Positions 16,836 through 26,519 of a stretch of 64,000 nt of DNA are shown here, one piece after another (the stretch's first letter is position 1; each line of letters begins with the position of its first letter). This DNA comes from Pseudoxanthomonas sp. (GTDB lineage Bacteria; Pseudomonadota; Gammaproteobacteria; Xanthomonadales; Xanthomonadaceae). The position numbers and the translations under genes were made by a program. The DNA lies in NCBI GenBank assembly GCA_047600885.1, contig JASGKE010000002.1:47233-111232 (forward strand), written 5' to 3'. A model generated the notes under the pieces. The model saw only the letters and a program-made list of their open reading frames with translations. It made no database searches and was not told where the DNA came from.

Positions 16836-17309
16836 TCAGCGCGGCGGCCAGGCCGGCGTGTCGTGGTCCGGGTGCTGGAAGGACACCACCCCGGCGAGGA
16901 AGGCGGCCGCGGCTTCGTCCTCCTCGGTGCGCCGTTGCGGCAGCGCCGGCAGGCCGTCCACGTACGGCAGCTTGCCCTCCACGCCGTACTGCACCCACGG
17001 CGCCAACCCGGCCGGCGCGTCGAAGGCGCCCGCGGCGATCGCCACACCATCCGGTGCCTCGTAGGTCAGCGGCGTGCCGCAGTCGGCGCAGAAGCCACGG
17101 TGGACGACATTCGACGACTGGTAGCGCTTCGGCTCGCCGCGCGTCCATTCCAGCAATGCGCCGCGCGTCGATACCAGCGGTGCGTAGTACGCACCGAAGG
17201 CCTTCTGACACATCCGGCAATGACAAATGGACGCATCTTTCAGTTCGCCGGTGACGCGAAAACGGATCGCGCCGCACTGGCATCCGCCGGTGTGCACGTT
17301 ATCGGCCAC
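16836..17309 (-). CDS. GFA-family (glutathione-dependent formaldehyde-activating-like) zinc-binding protein
   Basis: Cysteine pattern GGCQCGAIRF...CHCRMCQK...FCADCGTPL. Confidence 0.75.
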   Translation of the reverse strand: MADNVHTGGCQCGAIRFRVTGELKDASICHCRMCQKAFGAYYAPLVSTRGALLEWTRGEPKRYQSSNVVHRGFCADCGTPLTYEAPDGVAIAAGAFDAPAGLAPWVQYGVEGKLPYVDGLPALPQRRTEEDEAAAAFLAGVVSFQHPDHDTPAWPPR

Positions 17310-17312
17310 GGC

Positions 17313-19784
17313 TCAGTACTTCTGTTTCTTGCGCTTGGCAGGCTGACCGCGCGGCGGGGGCGGCGGCAAGCCGCTGTCCTTGGTCTTATCCTCGACCAGG
17401 CGGAAGTCGATCTTGCGCTCTTCCAGGCTGGCCTTCAGCACGATGATGCGCACCCGGTCGCCGAGGCGGAACTGCAGGCCACGACGCTCGCCGGACAGCG
17501 TCTTTCGCACCGGATCGAAGTGGTAGTAGTCCTGCGGCAGCTGGGTCACGTGGACCAGGCCGTTGACCTTGGATTCGTCCAGCTCGACGAACAGGCCGAA
17601 GCTGGTGACGCCGCTGATGACGCCATCGAACTGGCCGCCGACGTGCTTCTCCATCCATGCGGCACGGAAGCGCTCGTCCACTTCGCGCTCGGCCTCGTCG
17701 GCACGGCGCTCGCGCTCGGAGCACTGCAGCGCCAACGCCGCCATGTCGCGGGCGGTGTACTGGAACGAGTCCGGCTTCTGCTTTGTCAGGCCGTGCTTGA
17801 TCGCCCGATGCACCAGCAGGTCCGGATAGCGGCGGATGGGCGAGGTGAAGTGCGCGTACGCCTCCAGCGCCAGGCCGAAGTGACCCACGTTGTCGGGCGA
17901 ATACACGGCCAGGCTCTGGCTGCGCAGCAGCACCGATTCCAGCAGCGCCGCATCCGGACGCTCGCGCACCTTCTTCAGCAGATTCGTGAAATCCTTGGGC
18001 TGCACCTTGCCCCACGACGGCATCGACAGCTTGAACTCCTTGAGGAATTCCAGCAGGTCCATGTACTTGGTTTCCGGCGGTTTCTCGTGGATGCGGTACG
18101 GCGCCGGAATGTGCGCCTTCAGCAGGAAGCGCGCGGCCTCGACATTCGCCGCGATCATGCATTCCTCGATCAGCTTGTGCGCATCGTTGCGCACCAGCAT
18201 GCCGGCCTGGGTCACTTCGCCGCGGTTGTCCAGCACGAAGCGGACTTCGGAGCTTTCGAATTCGATCGCACCGCGCTGCGTGCGCGCCTTCGCCAGCACA
18301 TGGTAGAGCTGGTACAGGCGCTCGACGTGCGGCAGCACCGGGGCGATCTGCGCGCGCACTTCTTCGTCGTTCTCGCCGACCGCCTTCCACACCTGCGTGT
18401 AGGTCAGGCGCGCGTGCGAGTTCATCACCGCTTCGTAGAATTTGGAGCTGGTGACCTCGCCTTCGCGGTTGACCTGCATGTCGCAGACAAAGGTCATCCG
18501 GTCGACCTTCGGATTCAGCGAGCAGATGCCGTTGGACAGCGTCTCCGGCAGCATCGGCACCACGTAGCCCGGGAAATAGACCGAGGTGGCGCGCTTTTGC
18601 GCCTCGTCGTCCAGCGGCGCGCCGGGACGCACGTAATGGGAGACGTCGGCGATGGCGACGATCAGGCGGAAGCCGTCGCGGGTGGGTTCGCAGTAGACGG
18701 CATCGTCGAAATCCTTCGCGTCCTCGCCGTCGATCGTGACCAGCGGCGTGGACCGCAGATCGACGCGGTCGCCGATCATCGCCGGCTCGACCACCAGCGG
18801 TACCGCGGTGGCTTCGTTCAATACTTCCTGCGGGAACTCGTGCGGCAGGTTGTGGCCGTGGATGGCGGCCTCGACCACCAGCGACGGCGTAAGGCTGTCG
18901 CCGAGCACGGCGATCACCTTGCCGATGGGCGGGCGGCGCGCATCCGGCGCCTGGGTCAGTTCGACGACGACGAGCTGGCCGTCGCGCGCGCCGCCGGTCG
19001 CATCCTGCGGGATCTGCACGTTGCGCTGGATGCGCTTGTCGTCGGGCGCGACGTAGGCGATGCCGACCTCAAACCCGAAGCGGCCGATCAGGCGGGTGAC
19101 GCCGCGCTCGAGCACGCGCGCGATGCTGCCCTCGCGGCGGCCGCGACGGTCGATGCCGGTGACGTTGGCCAGGGCACGGTCGCCGTGCATCACCTTGCGC
19201 ATCTCGAACGGCGGCAGGAACAGGTCGTCGCCACCGCCCGTGTCGGGACGCAGGAAACCGAAGCCGTCCGGGTTGGCGATCACCGTGCCGGCGATCAGGT
19301 CGGTCTGCTGCACCGGGGCGAAGCCGCCGCGACGGTTCTGCACCAGTTGGCCGTCGCGGACCATCGCCCCGAGCCGCTTGGACAGGGCATCGAAGCGGTC
19401 GGGCGCGTCCAGGCCTAGCGGGCCGGCGATCTCTTCCGCCGTCTGCGGACCCTCGGCCGCTTCCAGGAAGCCCAGGATGGCTTCGCGGCTGGCGATGGGC
19501 TGATCGTAGCGTTGCGCTTCGCGCTGCGCGTGCGGGTCGACGAAGCGGCCGGGCGACGGCGCCCGCCGTGGCATCGGGGACGACGCGGGGGCCGGCTTGC
19601 GACCACCGCGCGGCGCGGACGGCAAGTCCGGCATCCACGGCGGCAGGCTCTTTTTGGCCGGTTTGCCCGGCTTGCCGGCGGGCTTGCCACCGGTCTTGGG
19701 GGCATTGCGGGACGCCGGCTTCGCGCCGGCCTTGGCGTTCGCGGTGGGCTTCTTGCCGCCGCCAGTGGTGTTCTTCTTGGTCAT
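17313..19784 (-). CDS. rnr: Ribonuclease R with Lys/Pro/Gly-rich N- and C-terminal extensions
   Basis: RNB catalytic region (TIDGEDAKDFDDAVYCE, HFGLALEAYAHFTSPIRRYPDLLVHR) and a C-terminal S1 domain. I chose the start MTKKNTTGGG at 19784 because the longer ORF (to 19904) overlaps the tRNA-Leu gene. Confidence 0.9.
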   Translation of the reverse strand: MTKKNTTGGGKKPTANAKAGAKPASRNAPKTGGKPAGKPGKPAKKSLPPWMPDLPSAPRGGRKPAPASSPMPRRAPSPGRFVDPHAQREAQRYDQPIASREAILGFLEAAEGPQTAEEIAGPLGLDAPDRFDALSKRLGAMVRDGQLVQNRRGGFAPVQQTDLIAGTVIANPDGFGFLRPDTGGGDDLFLPPFEMRKVMHGDRALANVTGIDRRGRREGSIARVLERGVTRLIGRFGFEVGIAYVAPDDKRIQRNVQIPQDATGGARDGQLVVVELTQAPDARRPPIGKVIAVLGDSLTPSLVVEAAIHGHNLPHEFPQEVLNEATAVPLVVEPAMIGDRVDLRSTPLVTIDGEDAKDFDDAVYCEPTRDGFRLIVAIADVSHYVRPGAPLDDEAQKRATSVYFPGYVVPMLPETLSNGICSLNPKVDRMTFVCDMQVNREGEVTSSKFYEAVMNSHARLTYTQVWKAVGENDEEVRAQIAPVLPHVERLYQLYHVLAKARTQRGAIEFESSEVRFVLDNRGEVTQAGMLVRNDAHKLIEECMIAANVEAARFLLKAHIPAPYRIHEKPPETKYMDLLEFLKEFKLSMPSWGKVQPKDFTNLLKKVRERPDAALLESVLLRSQSLAVYSPDNVGHFGLALEAYAHFTSPIRRYPDLLVHRAIKHGLTKQKPDSFQYTARDMAALALQCSERERRADEAEREVDERFRAAWMEKHVGGQFDGVISGVTSFGLFVELDESKVNGLVHVTQLPQDYYHFDPVRKTLSGERRGLQFRLGDRVRIIVLKASLEERKIDFRLVEDKTKDSGLPPPPPRGQPAKRKKQKY

Positions 19785-19876
19785 CGGACCATCGTACACC
19801 CCGCCTGAACACATCATGCGAAGACACCCGTTGACATTCCCCCGCCCTGTCCTCAAAATGCGCGCCTCGCTTACCT

Positions 19877-19961
<85 letters not shown>

Positions 19962-19973
19962 CGCATAACGAGA

Positions 19974-19996
19974 CCCTCGCGCAAGCGGGGGTTTTT
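19974..19996 (+). terminator. Rho-independent terminator after tRNA-Leu
   Basis: ccctcgc-gcaa-gcggggg followed by ttttt. Confidence 0.75.
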
Positions 19997-20089
19997 CGTT
20001 TCCGGGGTTTCATCGGCATCGCGGGCTCAAGCGCTGCGACGGCGACGGGTAGAATTGCGGCAGGACACTGCTGCAGAAAAACGCACCCG

Positions 20090-22333
20090 ATGAGCGACAC
20101 CATCCGCCCCACCTTCCACGGCTTCGAACAGATCCCGCTGCGCGAGTATGCCGAGCGCGCCTACCTCGACTATTCGATGTACGTCGTGCTCGACCGCGCC
20201 CTGCCCTTCATCGGCGACGGGTTGAAGCCGGTCCAGCGGCGCATCGTCTATTCGATGAGCGAGCTGGGCCTCAATGCCGGCGCGAAGCCGAAGAAATCCG
20301 CGCGCACCGTGGGCGACGTGATCGGCAAGTACCATCCGCACGGCGACAGCGCGTGCTACGAAGCGCTGGTGCTGATGGCGCAGCCGTTCTCGTACCGCTA
20401 TCCGCTGATCGAAGGCCAGGGCAACTTCGGTTCGCCGGACGACCCGAAGTCGTTCGCGGCGATGCGCTACACCGAATCCAAGCTGACTCCTATCGCCGAA
20501 GTGCTGCTGGGCGAACTCGGTCAGGGCACGGTGGACTGGGCGCCGAATTTCGACGGCACGCTGGAAGAACCCACGTGGCTGCCCGCGCGCCTGCCGCACC
20601 TGCTGCTCAACGGCACCACCGGCATCGCCGTGGGCATGGCCACCGACGTACCGCCGCACAACCTCAATGAGATCGTCAGCGCGTGCATCCGCCTGATCGA
20701 TGACCCCGATGCGACCGTCGCCGACCTGTGCGAACACGTGCGCGGCCCGGACTACCCGACCAAGGCGGAGATCATCACCGCGGCGTCGGACCTGCGCGCG
20801 ATGTACGAGAACGGCACCGGCAGCGTTCGCGCGCGCGCCGTGTGGCGCAAGGACAACGCCAACATCGTGATCGACGCGCTGCCCTACCAGGTCTCGCCGT
20901 CGAAGATCATCGAGCAGATCGCCACCCAGATGCGGGCGAAGAAGCTGCCGTGGCTGGAAGACATCCGCGACGAATCCGACCACGCCAATCCGGTGCGCGT
21001 CGTGCTGATCCCGCGCTCCAACCGCGTGGACGCCGAACAGCTGATGGGCCACCTGTTCGCCACCACCGACCTGGAGAAGAGCTTCCGGGTCAACCTCAAC
21101 ATCATCGGGCTCGACGGCCGTCCGCAGGTCAAGAACCTGAAGATGCTGCTGACCGAATGGCTGGCATTCCGCAGCGACACCGTGACGCGCCGCCTGAAGC
21201 ACCGGCTTGAGAAGGTCGAGCGTCGCCTGCACCTGTTGGAAGGCTTGCTGGTCGCGTTCCTCAACCTGGATGAGGTCATCCGCATCATCCGCACCGAGGA
21301 CGAACCGAAGGCCGCGTTGATCGCTCGCTTCAAGCTGAGCGAGGAACAGGCGGACTACATCCTCGACACCAAGCTGAAGCAGCTCGCCCGCCTCGAGGAA
21401 ATGAAGATCCGCGGCGAGCAGGACGAACTGCAGGCCGAGCGCGAGAAGATCGCCGGCATCCTGGAGTCGAAGGCCAAGCTGAAGAAGCTGATCAAGGACG
21501 AACTGACGGCCGACGCGAAGAAGTTCGGCGACGCCCGCCTGTCGCCGCTGGTGCAGCGCGATGCCGCCCAGGCCCTGGACGAGACCGAACTGGTCGCCAG
21601 CGAACCGATGACCGTCGTGCTGTCGGAGAAAGGCTGGATCCGCGCCGCCAAGGGCCACGAGGTGGACGCCGCCACGCTGTCCTACCGCGATGGCGACGGC
21701 CTGCTGGCCGCGGTGCGCTCGCGCAGCACGCAGCAGGTGGCGTTCCTCGATTCCGAAGGCCGCAGCTATTCCACCGCCGTGCACACGCTGCCCTCCGCGC
21801 GCGGCAACGGCGAACCGCTGACTGGCCGCTTCTCGCCGGCGGCGGGCGCGTCGTTCCAGGCCTTGGCCAGCGGCGACAACGACAGCCGCTTCGTGCTGGC
21901 GTCCTCGCATGGCTACGGCTTCGTCACCCGCTTCGAGAACCTCACCGGTCGCCAGAAGGCGGGCAAGGCGATGCTCAACCTGACCCCCGGCGCTGGCGTG
22001 CTGCAACCGGCGCAGGTGCCGAACGTGGATACCGACCGCATCGTCGCGGTGACCAGCGCCGGCCACCTGCTCGCGTTCCCGGTCAGCGAGCTGCCGGAGC
22101 TCGACAAGGGCAAGGGCAACAAGGTGATCGAGATCCCGAAGGCCAAGCTGGGCACCGAGCGCGTGGTCGCCATCGCGGCGGTGGCGCCCGGCAGCACGCT
22201 GCTGGTGAAGAGCGGCCAGCGCACGATGAGCCTGTCGTTCAAGGACCTGGACGAGTACGTCGGTGCACGCGCGACGCGCGGCGGGTTGTTGCCGCGGGGT
22301 TGGCAGAAGGTCGACGGACTCGAAGTCCAGTAG
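20090..22333 (+). CDS. parC: DNA topoisomerase IV subunit A
   Basis: 747-aa ORF containing [28 protein letters not shown] and the active-site region AAMRYTE. Confidence 0.93.
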   Translation: MSDTIRPTFHGFEQIPLREYAERAYLDYSMYVVLDRALPFIGDGLKPVQRRIVYSMSELGLNAGAKPKKSARTVGDVIGKYHPHGDSACYEALVLMAQPFSYRYPLIEGQGNFGSPDDPKSFAAMRYTESKLTPIAEVLLGELGQGTVDWAPNFDGTLEEPTWLPARLPHLLLNGTTGIAVGMATDVPPHNLNEIVSACIRLIDDPDATVADLCEHVRGPDYPTKAEIITAASDLRAMYENGTGSVRARAVWRKDNANIVIDALPYQVSPSKIIEQIATQMRAKKLPWLEDIRDESDHANPVRVVLIPRSNRVDAEQLMGHLFATTDLEKSFRVNLNIIGLDGRPQVKNLKMLLTEWLAFRSDTVTRRLKHRLEKVERRLHLLEGLLVAFLNLDEVIRIIRTEDEPKAALIARFKLSEEQADYILDTKLKQLARLEEMKIRGEQDELQAEREKIAGILESKAKLKKLIKDELTADAKKFGDARLSPLVQRDAAQALDETELVASEPMTVVLSEKGWIRAAKGHEVDAATLSYRDGDGLLAAVRSRSTQQVAFLDSEGRSYSTAVHTLPSARGNGEPLTGRFSPAAGASFQALASGDNDSRFVLASSHGYGFVTRFENLTGRQKAGKAMLNLTPGAGVLQPAQVPNVDTDRIVAVTSAGHLLAFPVSELPELDKGKGNKVIEIPKAKLGTERVVAIAAVAPGSTLLVKSGQRTMSLSFKDLDEYVGARATRGGLLPRGWQKVDGLEVQ

Positions 22334-22435
22334 TTCAGCGGACGGGCGCGCTGCGGCGTGCTCTTCATCGCCGCAGCCCGCAGCTTCAGGGGGCGCGGCA
22401 GAAGGTCGACGGACTGGACGTCCAGTCGTTCACCG
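22302..22435 (+). repeat. 39-bp imperfect direct repeat duplicating the 3' end of parC
   Basis: Copy 1, 22302-22340: ggcagaaggtcgacggactcgaagtccagtagttcagcg (includes the parC stop). Copy 2, 22397-22435: ggcagaaggtcgacggactggacgtccagtcgttcaccg. They match at 35/39 positions. A 9-bp-stem hairpin (22350-22377) lies between them. Confidence 0.9.
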
Positions 22436-22457
22436 CTCACCTCTGAAGGATTCGCCG

Positions 22458-23114
22458 ATGGATGCCGATTTCTGGTTGCAGCGCTGGCAGGAAGGCCAGA
22501 TCGGTTTCCATCGCAGCGACGTGATGCCGCTGCTGGAGAAGCATTGGCCGTCGCTGCAGCTGCCGTCGGAGGCGCGCGTGTTGGTGCCGCTGTGCGGCAA
22601 GTCGCTCGACATGCATTGGCTGGCCGCACAGGGCCATCGCGTGCTCGGCGTTGAACTCTCTCCGCTGGCGGTGACGCAGTTCTTCGAGGAAGCCGGCCTG
22701 GAGCCGGTGCGGACCACCAGCCGCTACGGCGAGCATTTCAGCGCGGGGCCGGTGGAGATTCTGCTGGGCGATGCCTTCGGCCTCGACCCGGCACTGCTGG
22801 CGGACGTGGCCGGCGTGTACGACCGTGCCGCCCTGATCGCGTTGCCGCCTGACCTGCGCCTGCGCTACCGCGACACGGTCTATGCGTCGCTGCCTGCCGG
22901 CTGCCAGGGGCTGCTGATCACGCTGGAGTATCCGCAGGCCGAGAAGGCCGGCCCGCCGTTTTCGGTGGAGCAGCCGGAAGTCGAGGCGCTGTTCGCCGCA
23001 CCGTGGCGGCATACGCTGCTGGAGCGGCGCGACATCCTGGACCAGGAGCCGCGCTTCCGCGAAGAAGGCCTGAGCGCGCTGGACACGGCGGTCTACCGCC
23101 TGCGCCGGGCCTGA
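22458..23114 (+). CDS. tpm: Thiopurine S-methyltransferase
   Basis: Internal ATG at 22458. The product reads [30 protein letters not shown]...[28 protein letters not shown], the characteristic TPMT N-terminus and SAM motif. Confidence 0.88.
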   Translation: MDADFWLQRWQEGQIGFHRSDVMPLLEKHWPSLQLPSEARVLVPLCGKSLDMHWLAAQGHRVLGVELSPLAVTQFFEEAGLEPVRTTSRYGEHFSAGPVEILLGDAFGLDPALLADVAGVYDRAALIALPPDLRLRYRDTVYASLPAGCQGLLITLEYPQAEKAGPPFSVEQPEVEALFAAPWRHTLLERRDILDQEPRFREEGLSALDTAVYRLRRA

Positions 23115-23123
23115 CGCCGCCGC

Positions 23124-23609
23124 TTATTCGGCGACGGCTTCGCCGTCCAGCTTGGAGGTCAGGTACAGCTGGATGCCCAGGCGCTTGATCAGGCCCAACT
23201 GCTGTTCCAGCCAGTGCGCGTGGTCTTCCTCGGTGTCCTGCAACTGGGTCAGCAGGATCTCGCGCGTCACGTAGTCGCCATGCTGTTCGCACAGCGCCAC
23301 GCCCTTGGCCAAATTGGCGCGCACCGCGTACTCGACCTCGAGGTCGCGCTGCAGCATCTCCTCGACGGTCGTGCCCGCGGTGAAGGCTTCCGGGCGCATG
23401 TCCGGGTCGCCTTCGAGGAACAGGATGCGGCGCAGCAGCGCGTCGGCGTGCTGGGTCTCTTCCTGCATCTCATGGTCGATGCGGTGGAACAGCGCCTTCA
23501 GGCCCTGGTCCTCGTAACGCCGCGAATGGATGAAGTACTGGTCGCGCGCGGCGAGCTCGCCACGCAGCAGGAACTTGAGGTAGTCGACGACGTCGGGGTG
23601 GCCTTTCAT
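23124..23609 (-). CDS. bfr: Bacterioferritin
   Basis: [37 protein letters not shown]...[10 protein letters not shown]...[12 protein letters not shown]. The ferroxidase ligand pattern and length (161 aa) fit Bfr. Confidence 0.9.
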   Translation of the reverse strand: MKGHPDVVDYLKFLLRGELAARDQYFIHSRRYEDQGLKALFHRIDHEMQEETQHADALLRRILFLEGDPDMRPEAFTAGTTVEEMLQRDLEVEYAVRANLAKGVALCEQHGDYVTREILLTQLQDTEEDHAHWLEQQLGLIKRLGIQLYLTSKLDGEAVAE

Positions 23610-23763
23610 GGGGGGCGGCTCCTGTAACGAGGCGCACAGGATGCCCGATCCCGCGGGCCGGCGACCGAATCGGAATCAGTCGCGTTCGTCGTCGCATCGG
23701 AGCGTCGACCGTCATCCTTCCGTGGAATAATCGCCCCGCCCGCCCCTACTCGCAGGACCCGCA

Positions 23764-26163
23764 ATGCTGAAGTGGACCCGGCGCATCGCGCTGCTGCTGT
23801 TGGCCCTGATCGTGGTCGTGGTGCTGGTCGCATGGTGGATGTTGCGGGGCAGCCTGGCACGGCTGGACGGCGAGACCGGCCTGGCCGGCCTGTCGGCGCC
23901 GGCCAGCGTGCAGCGCGACGCGCTGGGCGTGGTCACGATCGACGCGGCCAGCGAGGCCGACGCGGTCCGCGCGCTCGGCTACGTACACGCACAGGAACGC
24001 TATTTCGAGATGGACCTGATGCGCCGCAGCTCGTCCGGCGAACTGGCGGAGCTGTTCGGCCCCATCGCCGTCGACCTGGACAAGGAGCGCCGCGTGCACC
24101 GCATCCGTGCGCGCCTGGGCGAACACCTGGACGCCTTCGCTGGCAACCGCATGCCGCAGCTGCAGGCCTACGCCGACGGCGTGAATGCCGGCCTCGGCAA
24201 TCTGCGCGCACGCCCCTGGCCCTACCTGCTGCTGCGCCAGGAGCCGCGCGAATGGGAAGTGCTGGATTCGGCGCTGACCGGGTACGCGATGTACTTCGAT
24301 CTGCAGGATGCACAGAACGTGCGCGAGCTGGGCCTGTGGCAGATCCGCCAGCACGTGCCGCCGAGCCTGTACGCCCTGCTCGCCCACGATGGCACCGAAT
24401 GGGACGCCCCGCTGTTCGGCGAACCGCGCGGCAACGCGCCCCTGCCGGACGCCAGCCAGGTGGATCTGCGCACGCTGCCGATGCCGAAGACGGATTCGCA
24501 CCAGCGCCTCGCCGACAAGGGCACGCCCGGCAGCAACAACTGGGCCGTCGCCGGCGCGCTGACCGCTGATGGCCGCGCGATCGTCGCCGACGACATGCAC
24601 CTGGGCCTGCGCGCGCCCGGCATCTGGTTCCGCGTGCGGCTGCGCTATCCGGACCCGCATGCACCGGGCGGCAAGGTCGATGTGTCCGGCTTCAGCCTGC
24701 CGGGCCTGCCCGCGATCATCGTCGGCAGCAACGGGCGCGTCGCGTGGGGCTTCACCAACAGCTACGCGGACACCGCGGACTGGTATCCGGTGAATCCGTG
24801 CAAGGGCGCCGCGACGACGGGCTGCGACGCCGTCGAGCGCCATGCGGAGACCATCAAGGTGGCGGGCGGCGAAGACGTGGCGTTCGAAGTGCTCGACACC
24901 CGCCACGGCCCCATCGTGCATCCGGCGAAGGACGGGCGCCCCGCGCTGGCGTTGCGCTGGGTGGCGCAGCTGCCGGGCGCACTGAACTTCGGCCTGTCCG
25001 ACCTCGCGCGCGCGGACGACCTGTCCGCCGCGCTCGCGGTGGCCCAGCGCACGGCGACGCCCGCACAGAATCTGGTGGTCGCCGACCGCAACGGCCGCAT
25101 CGCCTGGCGCATCCTCGGCCCGCTGCCTTCGCGCGCGGGTGCGTGCGCGCATTCCCTCGACGGCGCCACGTCCGCGGCGCCCACCGACGATGCGGCCCCT
25201 CCCTGCAAACCATGGGATCTCTCCTTCCAACTCTCGCCAGTACTGACGTCGCCGGAAAACCATCGTCTCTGGACCGCCAACGCCCGCGTGCTGGATGGCG
25301 CCGCCCTCGCCCGCGTGGGTGATGGCGGGTATGCGCTGGGCGCACGCGCCAAGCAGATCCGCGACGGCCTGATGGCGAAGGATCGCTTCACCGAGAAAGA
25401 CCTGCTGGCGATCCAGCTCGACGATCGCGCACTGTTCCTGGAGCGCTGGTGGATGCTGCTGCAGGCCGAAGCGAAAAAGCGACCGGCGGACTCCCCGCTC
25501 AAGGCCCTCGCCGATGCCGGCAAGACGTGGGACGGCACCGCCAACATCGATTCGGTCAGCTACCGACTGGTTCGCGCCTGGCGCCTGGCGGTGCACGCAC
25601 GCATCGCCGACGGCCTCACCGCGCCCGCGCAGGCGGCGCTGGGCGACGCCTTCATCATGCCCGACCTGCCGCAGCTGGAAGGCGTGGTGTGGCCGCTGCT
25701 CGAACAGCGCCCCGCGCACCTGCTGTCGCGCCGCTACACCACCTGGGATGCGCTGCTGGAAGATGCCGCAAAGGAAGTGCGCGACGATCTCGCTGGCCAG
25801 GGACCGCTGGCCGAGCGGCGTTGGGGCGAACGCAACACGGCGAAGATCTGCCACCCGTTGGCCAACGCACTGCCCGCCTTCCTGAAGCCGCGCCTCTGCA
25901 TGCCGGGGGAACCGCTCGCCGGCGATGGCGCCATGCCGCGCGTGCAAGGTCCGTCCTTCGGCGCATCGGAACGCATGGTGGTATCGCCCGGCCATGAGGC
26001 CGACGGCATCATCCACATGCCAGGCGGCCAGAGCGGCCACCCGATGTCGCCGTTCTGGGGCGCCGGCCACGACGACTGGGTGCACGGTCGACCGACGCCG
26101 TTCCTGCCGGGCGAGGCCACGCACACGCTCACCTTGCGTCCCGCCAACGCTCAGCCCAGGTAG
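23764..26163 (+). CDS. Penicillin acylase (S45, Ntn-hydrolase) family protein; possible acyl-homoserine-lactone acylase
   Basis: 799-aa ORF with an N-terminal TM/signal segment, the conserved YVHAQERYFEMD region, and the nucleophile context GSNNWAVAG at the start of the beta subunit. Confidence 0.85.
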   Translation: MLKWTRRIALLLLALIVVVVLVAWWMLRGSLARLDGETGLAGLSAPASVQRDALGVVTIDAASEADAVRALGYVHAQERYFEMDLMRRSSSGELAELFGPIAVDLDKERRVHRIRARLGEHLDAFAGNRMPQLQAYADGVNAGLGNLRARPWPYLLLRQEPREWEVLDSALTGYAMYFDLQDAQNVRELGLWQIRQHVPPSLYALLAHDGTEWDAPLFGEPRGNAPLPDASQVDLRTLPMPKTDSHQRLADKGTPGSNNWAVAGALTADGRAIVADDMHLGLRAPGIWFRVRLRYPDPHAPGGKVDVSGFSLPGLPAIIVGSNGRVAWGFTNSYADTADWYPVNPCKGAATTGCDAVERHAETIKVAGGEDVAFEVLDTRHGPIVHPAKDGRPALALRWVAQLPGALNFGLSDLARADDLSAALAVAQRTATPAQNLVVADRNGRIAWRILGPLPSRAGACAHSLDGATSAAPTDDAAPPCKPWDLSFQLSPVLTSPENHRLWTANARVLDGAALARVGDGGYALGARAKQIRDGLMAKDRFTEKDLLAIQLDDRALFLERWWMLLQAEAKKRPADSPLKALADAGKTWDGTANIDSVSYRLVRAWRLAVHARIADGLTAPAQAALGDAFIMPDLPQLEGVVWPLLEQRPAHLLSRRYTTWDALLEDAAKEVRDDLAGQGPLAERRWGERNTAKICHPLANALPAFLKPRLCMPGEPLAGDGAMPRVQGPSFGASERMVVSPGHEADGIIHMPGGQSGHPMSPFWGAGHDDWVHGRPTPFLPGEATHTLTLRPANAQPR

Positions 26164-26519
26164 TGGTCCGGCACCGCCAGCCCCTGCTGGCGGAAGAAGC
26201 TGAGCTGGTCGAAGTAGCCGCGCTGAAACACGATGCGGCCGTCACGCACCTGGAAGAAGCCACACCCGCGCAGCCCCAGCGGATCGCGCCACGCGAGGAC
26301 GGCCCACTCGCCGTCCTCGAGGATCTGCTCCACCTCGCACACCATCGTGGCGCGCGCGAACTCGGTGCGGAACAGCGAGGTGATCGCATCGCGGCCGTGC
26401 AACGGATCGGTCACCACCTGGTGGTTGACCGCATCCTCCGCATACAGCGCCGCGAGCCCATCGACATCCGCGGCGTTGAAGCGGCGGACCCATTCCTTCA
26501 CCACGTCGGACGGCGTCAC
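26151..26519 (-). CDS. SnoaL-like / NTF2-fold protein
   Basis: GTG at 26519 overlapping the asnB stop (GTGA). The product reads VTPSDVVKEWVRRFNAADVDGLAALYAEDAVNHQ...WAVLAWRDPLGLRGCGFFQVRDGRIVFQRGYFD. The longer ORF version (to 27056) would run through asnB and was rejected. Confidence 0.7.
   Translation of the reverse strand: MTPSDVVKEWVRRFNAADVDGLAALYAEDAVNHQVVTDPLHGRDAITSLFRTEFARATMVCEVEQILEDGEWAVLAWRDPLGLRGCGFFQVRDGRIVFQRGYFDQLSFFRQQGLAVPDHYLG

Noticed and set aside
15885-19418. 1177-aa ORF on the + strand, the longest in the track
   Set aside because: It runs antisense to rlmB, the GFA-family gene and rnr, all of which have unmistakable family motifs. Its translation is Ala/Arg/Gly/Val-rich low-complexity sequence typical of the open antisense frames generated by high GC3. 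I saw no catalytic or structural motifs.
20027-22066. Long antisense ORFs opposite parC (679 aa), the acylase (23746..26124), asnB (26546..27775), dapE (28573..29880), glnD (32356..33840), rpsB/tsf (34983..36638), the GGDEF gene (36917..38683), bamA (53359..55884), lpxD (55788..56948) and dnaE (60579..62426)
   Set aside because: The reasoning is the same for each. The opposite strand encodes a protein with clear conserved motifs, and the antisense translation is Arg/Ala/Gly-rich with no recognisable domain. These are high-GC artefacts.
23610-23763. Search for a bfd (bacterioferritin-associated ferredoxin) gene or Fur box upstream of bfr
   Set aside because: No small Cys-rich ORF is present in the 154-bp gap. 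Only a weak partial match (gaataatcg) to the Fur consensus exists, which is insufficient evidence.
26151-26163. 13-nt convergent overlap between the acylase and the SnoaL-like gene, as a possible antisense regulatory feature
   Set aside because: Short convergent 3' overlaps are common in compact high-GC genomes. No structure or motif is associated with this one.
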